From: a virus
Lineage: Duplodnaviria > Heunggongvirae > Uroviricota > Caudoviricetes
Strand: one strand, 5' to 3'
Virus record (IMG/VR): IMGVR_UViG_2740892233_000023
DNA length: 11,769 bases
In this document: in pieces, positions 7,083 through 11,769 of the stretch
How positions within the stretch are numbered: the stretch's first letter is position 1
How the letters are laid out: every line of letters starts with the position of its first letter
Notes under the pieces: model-generated
What the model was told of the DNA's origin: nothing
Database searches by the model: none
The model's input: the letters and a program-made list of their open reading frames with translations, nothing else
Program-made: the position numbers and the translations under genes

Positions 7083-7439
7083 TTACTCGAGAGGAAATTG
7101 GTTATGAATACAATCAAGTTTTCTTGCCCAGAATGTGGTGGCTAAGTCTTTGACACATCCTTTAAGCCGCAGGGCTCTGACAGTTTCGCGGGAGCCATCT
7201 GCAAAAATTGTGGTCACCTTGTAACTGAAGATGAGTCCTCGCAGTTCGATGACGAAATCGTTGACAATATCTTCGGTGCACTCACCAGAGACTTTCTGAA
7301 GTAAAGGCGCATACCGCTTAGTTACCGCTCTGATAATTCTTACCTGTCCGGCAATGGCGCTGATATCAATATAAAGCGCCATCGCTGTTTCTTTGCTGAT
7401 CCCTGGATGCCTTCCATTCTGATGTTTGACTTCGCCCAC
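7083..7439 (-). CDS. Hypothetical 118-aa ORF (GTG start); possibly only a mirror-frame shadow of the plus-strand zinc-ribbon ORF
   Basis: Uninterrupted minus-strand ORF with GAGGA SD before the GTG. It is in exact codon register with the plus-strand ORF 7104-7304, so one of the two is likely non-coding. It is on the same strand as the operon, which favours it; the repeated motif argues for the other strand. Confidence 0.3.
   Translation of the reverse strand: MGEVKHQNGRHPGISKETAMALYIDISAIAGQVRIIRAVTKRYAPLLQKVSGECTEDIVNDFVIELRGLIFSYKVTTIFADGSRETVRALRLKGCVKDLATTFWARKLDCIHNQFPLE
7104..7304 (+). pseudogene. Zinc-ribbon-like small protein (CPECGG … CKNCGH) interrupted by an in-frame TAA after codon 13
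   Basis: ATG at 7104 with AGAGGAAA SD 9 nt upstream. Translation is MNTIKFSCPECGG-stop-VFDTSFKPQGSDSFAGAICKNCGHLVTEDESSQFDDEIVDNIFGALTRDFLK-stop. Two CxxCG knuckles sit about 20 aa apart. The stop could be AAA to TAA (a single substitution). Confidence 0.35.
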
Positions 7440-7619
7440 TGAGAAATCCTCTGTTTCCCCTTAACGCCGGGGTAGCGGAACAAAAAACCTGCTGCATAGT
7501 TAAACGTAATCCCCGCCGTCATGTTCATACGCCTCAGGCTGGCTACTTAACCCCTGACCACTGCCGGGTAACTCGAAGTATTGCCCTGCGTTCTGTGGGG
7601 CGGGGTGGGTTTATGGATA

Positions 7620-7675
7620 CAATTTACAAATTAAAATTTAACTGGTCAACATGTTTATTATTAAATTTGTAATTG
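7620..7675. promoter_or_regulatory. Imperfect inverted repeat CAATTTACAAATT … AATTTGTAATTG with central AACATGTT palindrome, upstream of higB-like
   Basis: Seen in sequence; AT-rich with a candidate -10 (TATTAT at 7656-7661). Shares the 12-mer AAATTTGTAATT with the immunity operator region at 8904-8915. Confidence 0.45.
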
Positions 7676-7717
7676 CGGGCTGTTGCATCAGTCCCAAAAT
7701 GGGACTACTATACAGTT

Positions 7718-8020
7718 ATGAAGATTATCTCAGTTAAAACACTCAGGGATTTTTGGGCGGAGAATCCTGATGCAGAACAACCGCTAAGGGCATGGGTGGA
7801 TGAGGCGGCAAAAGCTGACTGGAAAAGCCCAGCAGACATTAAGGCACAATACCGAACGGCCAGTATATTGAAAAACCGGCGCGTGGTATTCAACATAAAA
7901 GGTAATCATTACCGTTTAATTGTTGCAATTGCGTATCAGCGAGGATGGGTATTTGTTAAATTCATCGGAAACCACAAGGAATACGATGCTATTGATGCTG
8001 ATACCATCGAACTGGAGTAA
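7718..8020 (+). CDS. higB: HigB-family toxin (RelE/ParE-superfamily mRNA interferase), ~100 aa
   Basis: ORF from ATG 7718 with motif …VFNIKGNHYRLIVAIAYQRGWVFVKFIGNHKEYD… resembling HigB toxins. It lies immediately upstream of an HTH antitoxin-like gene (toxin-first order, typical of higBA). No clear SD; the TTG at 7673 is an alternative start. Confidence 0.75.
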   Translation: MKIISVKTLRDFWAENPDAEQPLRAWVDEAAKADWKSPADIKAQYRTASILKNRRVVFNIKGNHYRLIVAIAYQRGWVFVKFIGNHKEYDAIDADTIELE

Positions 8021-8022
8021 GC

Positions 8023-8382
8023 ATGAACATCAAACCTATTCGTACAGAGCAAGATTATGAAGCCGCGTTGCGTGCTGTTGAACCCATGTTCGACAATGAG
8101 CCCGAAATTGACACGCCTGAGGGGGATTTTTTTGAGGTGATGTGTTTGCTAATAGAGGAATATGAAAAAAAACATTATCCCATTGAGCCACCATCCCCAA
8201 TTGAAGCTATAAGATTTCGCATGGAACAGCAGGGGCTGACTGTGAAAGATTTGGAACCCGCAATTGGGAAAAAAAATCGGGTTTATGAGGTGTTGAATGG
8301 TACCAGAAGCCTTACGTTACCAATGATTCGCCGTCTTCATAATCAATTTGGTATCCCCCTGGAAAGCCTGGTTGGATTATAA
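8023..8382 (+). CDS. higA: HigA-family antitoxin (HTH, XRE-type), 119 aa
   Basis: ATG 2 nt after the higB-like stop, with GGAG SD. C-terminal HTH …GLTVKDLEPAIGKKNRVYEVLNGTRSLTLPMIRRLHNQFGI… resembles HigA antitoxins. Confidence 0.75.
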   Translation: MNIKPIRTEQDYEAALRAVEPMFDNEPEIDTPEGDFFEVMCLLIEEYEKKHYPIEPPSPIEAIRFRMEQQGLTVKDLEPAIGKKNRVYEVLNGTRSLTLPMIRRLHNQFGIPLESLVGL

Positions 8383-8398
8383 AATCTGCTAGTCATTT

Positions 8399-8447
8399 GC
8401 CTGATGCTCGTTCCAGAAAAGGAATGCATCAGGCAGTTTTGTTTTTC
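8399..8447 (+). terminator. Intrinsic terminator for the higBA-like transcript (overlaps the 3' end of the repressor gene)
   Basis: Stem GCCTGATGC / GCATCAGGC with inner TTCC/GGAA stem and AGAAAA loop, followed by AGTTTTGTTTTT on the plus strand. Confidence 0.55.
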
Positions 8448-8821
8448 TGCCGCAGTAACTCTTCAAGTTTCCGTTTATAGAAATCGCGTTTTTGCTCCAT
8501 ATCACGAATGATCTGCTCTGCGTCGCTTTGAGGTAACTCATCTAAAAGCGATATGATTTTTCGTTGTTGTTCTGTAAGTTGCGGTTGGTTGTCATTACTG
8601 GATACAGCCATTTTATCGCCGAGAGTTTCTTCTTCCATAAAGAACCAATGGACGGGATGTTGTGAGAGCTCTGCTAATTTTTCCAGTTTATCCATTCTTG
8701 GCATCACGCCTTTCAACCAACCTTGCACGGATTGGGGTTTTACACCAAGACGTCTTCCCAGCTCTGACTGGTTTATATTCAATTCCTGCAACACCTGCTG
8801 AAGGCGTTTTACAAAGATCAT
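8429..8821 (-). CDS. Prophage repressor, DicA/RacR-like (N-terminal HTH, no S24 peptidase domain)
   Basis: Minus-strand ORF; likely start is ATG at 8819-8821 with GAGGGG SD. HTH …NQSELGRRLGVKPQSVQGWLKG… and a C-terminal region resembling the DicA C-terminus (…LPQSDAEQIIRDMEQKRDFYKRKLEELL…). Divergent from a Cro-like gene. Confidence 0.8.
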   Translation of the reverse strand: MIFVKRLQQVLQELNINQSELGRRLGVKPQSVQGWLKGVMPRMDKLEKLAELSQHPVHWFFMEEETLGDKMAVSSNDNQPQLTEQQRKIISLLDELPQSDAEQIIRDMEQKRDFYKRKLEELLRQKNKTA

Positions 8822-8874
8822 CACCACCCCTCGTAAACTAGTTCCGCGATCCTACAGAAAAAATTGATAAGTGG

Positions 8875-8914
8875 CATTACAAATAGAAGTTGAAATTTAA
8901 ATTTAAATTTGTAA
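8875..8914. promoter_or_regulatory. Operator-like perfect 9-bp inverted repeat ATTACAAAT … ATTTGTAAT (22-bp spacer) in the divergent repressor/cro intergenic region
   Basis: Seen in sequence; it flanks a candidate promoter (TTGAAA at 8890-8895 with an AT-rich -10) and includes TTTAAATTTAAATTT direct repeats. Confidence 0.5.
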
Positions 8915-8947
8915 TTATCGGTGTCATCGTAAAGTTCGGAGGGAAAC

Positions 8948-9208
8948 ATGCAAAAAAGTACTCAAGTGAAAATCCTGTCAATAATGAGCCAATCAGAATT
9001 AGGGCGTCGTCTTGGTAAAACACCGCAAACCATAAGTGGGTGGTTTAAAAAACGAGTGCCAGCGGAGGAGGTTATACCAGCATGTGAGGCGCTTGACTGG
9101 GGAGTAACTCCGCATGAATTGCGCCCTGATAAATACCCTAATCCAACCGATGGTTTACCTGTTGAGTATCAGGCTAACGCACAAGCAGCGGCGGGAGTTG
9201 ATTCATGA
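8948..9208 (+). CDS. Cro-like HTH regulator (YdaS family)
   Basis: 86-aa ORF with GGAGGG SD 5 nt upstream. HTH …SQSELGRRLGKTPQTISGWFKK… closely parallels the repressor HTH. Divergent from the repressor; YdaT-like gene follows with ATGA overlap. Confidence 0.8.
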   Translation: MQKSTQVKILSIMSQSELGRRLGKTPQTISGWFKKRVPAEEVIPACEALDWGVTPHELRPDKYPNPTDGLPVEYQANAQAAAGVDS

Positions 9209-9642
9209 AAATCAAGCATGAGCACATCCGCATGGCGATGAATGCGTGGCTGCTTTATCCGAGGGTAGGGCGCAAAAAAATCGCTGATGATATAGCGACA
9301 GCATATTTTGAGCTTGAAATGACTTATCCACCAATGCATGACACCTCTACGACAGAGGGTATTGGATTGAACATACAAAATATTTTTCGCTGGCTTGAAA
9401 AGGATACGCCTGATGCTGTTGAAAAAATTCAGGCACTAATTCCAGCTATCCTGACTGTTCTTCCGCGTGAACTGCGTTATCACCTCAGTATTTTTGACAC
9501 TGTTGAGCGCCGTGCATTACTGGCGGCCCAGGAAGCGTTGAGCACGGCAATTGATGCGCATGATGATGCAGTCCAGGCAGTTTACCGGAAAGCGTATTTC
9601 AGCGACGGCGGGTCATCCGGCGAGTCTGTTGTGGTGCATTGA
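9205..9642 (+). CDS. YdaT-family protein (CII-like regulator of Rac-type prophages)
   Basis: 145-aa ORF starting MKIKHEHI…, translationally coupled to the ydaS-like gene. Family call from memory and synteny. Confidence 0.75.
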   Translation: MKIKHEHIRMAMNAWLLYPRVGRKKIADDIATAYFELEMTYPPMHDTSTTEGIGLNIQNIFRWLEKDTPDAVEKIQALIPAILTVLPRELRYHLSIFDTVERRALLAAQEALSTAIDAHDDAVQAVYRKAYFSDGGSSGESVVVH

Positions 9643-9728
9643 TATTTATGCCAGACCCCTGCTGATTCTGTTGATTGGGGAATCACAGAATATCACCAGA
9701 GGATGGTTCGTCACAAGATGAGGCAATT

Positions 9729-10739
9729 ATGGCCGCATTACCATACATGCAACTGTACATAGCTGATTACCTGGCTGACACCATGCATTTGTCCGCAGAG
9801 GAGCACGGTGCGTATTTGTTGCTGATGTTCAATTACTGGCAAACAGGGAAACCAATACCTAAAAACAGGCTGGCAAAAATTTCCCGTCTGACTAACGAGC
9901 GATGGGCTGATGTGGAACCATCCTTGCGGGAGTTTTTTTGCGATAACAGCGATGAATGGGTGCATCTTCGGATTGAGGAAGATCTGGCATCAGTCAGGGA
10001 AAAATTGACCAAAAAATCAGCCGCCGGAAAAGCATCTGTTCAGGCCAGAAGAAGCAGAAAGGAAGCATATGTTCAAACAAAACAAGAGAGAGATTTAACA
10101 GGTGTTCAAACAAATGTTGGTGTTGTGTTTGAACATGACGCAAACACAAAAGCAACTAATAAAGATACAGATCTAAAAGAATTAAACCCCACACATAACG
10201 TGCGTGAACGCGAGAGTATTCCGACCAGTGAGTCGCATGGTGCGCCGTTGCAGACAGCCGAACCTGAATACCTGGACGGCCTGAGCGAACCGATCGGGAA
10301 ATTTTCGATGACTACTGTCTGGCAGCCGTCGCCGGATTTTCGACAACGGGCAGCAGTGTGGGGTATGGCTCTGCCTGAGCCGGAATTTACACCTGCAGAG
10401 CTTGCCGCATTCCGGGATTACTGGATGGCGGAGGGGAAGGTTTTCACGCAGGTTCAGTGGGAGCAGAAATTTGCCCGCCACGTGCAGCACGTCAGGGCAC
10501 AGGTAAAACCAGTCAGCAAGGGGGTAAGCCATGCAGCATCAGGTGGCACGGCATCACGGGCAGTTCAGGAAATCCGGGCAGCACGCGAACAGTGGGAACG
10601 TGACAACGGATTTATCAGCAACGGAAACGGCCTGGAAGCTGTGGGAGCTTATGGGGGAGGTGTATTCGAACCGCTGGACACAGAAGAACGGGGCCGCACC
10701 TTCGAAGCTCTGGATTGCCCAGATTGGCGCGATGACTGA
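9729..10739 (+). CDS. Replication initiator-like protein, DUF1376/YdaU family N-terminal domain with additional C-terminal domain
   Basis: Start chosen at ATG 9729 (GAGG SD 5 nt upstream) rather than the ORF-track 9675. N-terminus MAALPYMQLYIADYLADTMHLSAEEHGAYLLLMFNYW… fits the DUF1376 pattern. A low-complexity linker contains iteron-like DNA repeats. Confidence 0.7.
   Translation: MAALPYMQLYIADYLADTMHLSAEEHGAYLLLMFNYWQTGKPIPKNRLAKISRLTNERWADVEPSLREFFCDNSDEWVHLRIEEDLASVREKLTKKSAAGKASVQARRSRKEAYVQTKQERDLTGVQTNVGVVFEHDANTKATNKDTDLKELNPTHNVRERESIPTSESHGAPLQTAEPEYLDGLSEPIGKFSMTTVWQPSPDFRQRAAVWGMALPEPEFTPAELAAFRDYWMAEGKVFTQVQWEQKFARHVQHVRAQVKPVSKGVSHAASGGTASRAVQEIRAAREQWERDNGFISNGNGLEAVGAYGGGVFEPLDTEERGRTFEALDCPDWRDD
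10070..10152. repeat. Iteron-like repeats (TGTTCAAACAAA x2 direct, plus an inverted TTTGAACA and a degenerate copy) in an AT-rich patch inside the initiator gene; candidate ori
   Basis: 12-bp perfect direct repeat at 10070-10081 and 10104-10115; inverted copy at about 10127-10134; degenerate CAAACACAAAAG at 10141-10152. Lies in the inter-domain linker-coding region. Confidence 0.45.
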
Positions 10740-11193
10740 ACAGCAAATCCGGCTGGTCTGCCGTCAGTGCATGGACCGCTGCCGGGCGGGTGAAACGTGG
10801 CCCCCGGACCTGGCTGAGTTTGTTGCACTGATTTCGGAGAGTGGGGCAAATCCATTTGGTCTTACGGTGGATGCAGTGATGGAAGAGTACCGGCGCTGGC
10901 GCAATGAATCCTGGCGATACGACGGGAGTGATAAATACCCGTGGCCACAGCCTGTGCTGTACCACATCTGCCTCGAAATGCGTACCAGAGGGATTGAGCG
11001 CCAGATGACGCAGGGTGAGTTAAAACGACTTGCGGAACGGCAACTGACGAAATGGGCAAAGCATGTTGGTAACGGGATGAGTGTTCCGCCAGTGCGACGA
11101 CAACTGGAAGGGGCGAAACACCCGCAAGGGCCAACGCCAATTGAGCGGCTGAAACAGGAATACGAACGCCGGAAGGCAGCTGGTTTTATTTGA
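10531..11193 (+). CDS. Lambda P-like replication protein (helicase loader)
   Basis: C-terminal two-thirds resemble lambda P from memory (…PDLAEFVAL… YPWPQPVLYHICLEMRTRGIERQMTQGELKRLAERQLTKWAKHVGNG…). ATG 10531 has a strong AAGGGGGT SD but overlaps the upstream gene by 209 bp out of frame; an alternative start at ATG 10732 overlaps its stop as ATGACTGA. Confidence 0.65.
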   Translation: MQHQVARHHGQFRKSGQHANSGNVTTDLSATETAWKLWELMGEVYSNRWTQKNGAAPSKLWIAQIGAMTEQQIRLVCRQCMDRCRAGETWPPDLAEFVALISESGANPFGLTVDAVMEEYRRWRNESWRYDGSDKYPWPQPVLYHICLEMRTRGIERQMTQGELKRLAERQLTKWAKHVGNGMSVPPVRRQLEGAKHPQGPTPIERLKQEYERRKAAGFI

Positions 11194-11226
11194 ATCTGAG
11201 AAACGATTTTGTCGGAGGAAATTTTA

Positions 11227-11769
11227 ATGGAAACCGTATTTGACGCACTGAAAGCACTGAAAAGAGCCTCTTCACAGGTAGTGGCGGCCCGCCTTGGAAT
11301 CAGCCGTGAAGATGCGGTCAACGAACTGTGGAAACTGAAGCGCCGCGGTGAAGCGGATAACAAGGGGTCGATGTGGTGGCTGATTCAGGCTGGTGAAAGT
11401 GAACCGGTGTCACCGGTACCGAAAGTGACAGCGCAAATGCTGACTGAGGCGATTGAACAACATGGCCCACAAACGGCGGATGAGCTGGCACTGATGTTCG
11501 GGATTACCTCCCGCCGGGCGAATTCATCGCTGGCCATGGTAATCAGCAAAGGGCGTCTGATTCGCGTGAATCAGGGCGGTAAATTTCGTTACTGCATACC
11601 GGGCGCTGATTTACCGGCAGAGCCGGAAGCTGCATCCGTAGCGGAAACCGATGGTAAAGCCTTTCCTCAGCCAGCAGGTGTTGCGTTACCAGTTCGGGAA
11701 GCAGAAACACAGGAAGAAATAAAAACGGAAAGTGTGGCGGTCACAGTGCAGTCACAGCCGTCGTTCACC
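11227..11769 (+). CDS. Hypothetical protein, 5' partial (runs off window end), two winged-helix-like repeats
   Basis: Open frame of 181 codons from ATG 11227 (GGAGG SD 9 nt upstream) to the window end with no stop. It is not in the ORF track because there is no stop. Two similar ~50-aa segments (…[25 protein letters not shown]… and …[29 protein letters not shown]…). Confidence 0.6.
   Translation, partial: METVFDALKALKRASSQVVAARLGISREDAVNELWKLKRRGEADNKGSMWWLIQAGESEPVSPVPKVTAQMLTEAIEQHGPQTADELALMFGITSRRANSSLAMVISKGRLIRVNQGGKFRYCIPGADLPAEPEAASVAETDGKAFPQPAGVALPVREAETQEEIKTESVAVTVQSQPSFT

Noticed and set aside
7340-7528. Minus-strand 62-aa ORF in the divergent region upstream of the 118-aa ORF
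   Set aside because: Overlaps the 118-aa ORF start in another frame, no SD, GC-rich probable promoter region.
7673-7717. TTG start extending the HigB-like ORF by 15 aa
   Set aside because: HigB-family toxins are about 90-105 aa and the ATG at 7718 gives 100 aa; the TTG extension has no SD and would begin inside the operator-like palindrome.
7708-7896. Minus-strand 62-aa ORF antisense to higB-like
   Set aside because: Antisense shadow of a CDS with a clear family signature.
8553-8801. Plus-strand 82-aa ORF inside the repressor gene
   Set aside because: Antisense to the HTH repressor CDS; no SD.
9169-9378. Minus-strand 69-aa ORF across the ydaS/ydaT junction
   Set aside because: Antisense to two translationally coupled genes.
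9675-9728. Upstream start (ORF-track 9675) for the initiator gene
   Set aside because: The ATG at 9729 has a GAGG SD and begins at the conserved DUF1376-like N-terminus; the extension lacks an SD.
9738-11363. Minus-strand ORFs 9738-9965, 10182-10532, 10615-10965, 10649-10855, 10764-11363 and 10862-11140
   Set aside because: All antisense to the plus-strand replication genes, which show typical codon usage and family resemblance; GC-rich shadows with Arg/Pro/Ser-rich translations.

Overview
This window is the left arm, immunity region and start of the replication module of a lambdoid (Rac/Qin-like) enterobacterial prophage. All family calls are from reading the sequence and recalling family motifs; no database search was run. 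On the minus strand, running from about 7010 down to 20: a YdfC-like small gene, a DicF-like sRNA, DicB-like and YdfD-like small proteins, a large RecE-N-terminal-like exonuclease with a C-terminal DEDDh 3'-5' exonuclease domain, excisionase and tyrosine integrase. Further right lie a HigB/HigA-like toxin-antitoxin pair (plus strand) that converges on a DicA-like non-cleavable repressor (minus strand), then a divergent operator region and the plus-strand genes for Cro-like YdaS, YdaT, a DUF1376/YdaU-like initiator with internal iteron-like repeats, a lambda-P-like helicase loader and a 3'-truncated winged-helix-like gene. The window is not clean contiguous sequence: six N10 runs are each flanked by near-identical sequence (88-99 percent), so it is a concatenation of overlapping or variant contigs. 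Annotations crossing the runs are provisional. One contig variant carries an AT-rich ~630 bp two-gene cassette inserted in the dicB-like operon that the other variant lacks; this is the best candidate for something undescribed. Other points worth follow-up are a 12-bp operator-like motif shared between the higBA-like promoter and the immunity operator, a zinc-ribbon ORF with an in-frame stop lying mirror-frame to a 118-aa ORF, and twin hairpins with identical loop decamers upstream of dicF.
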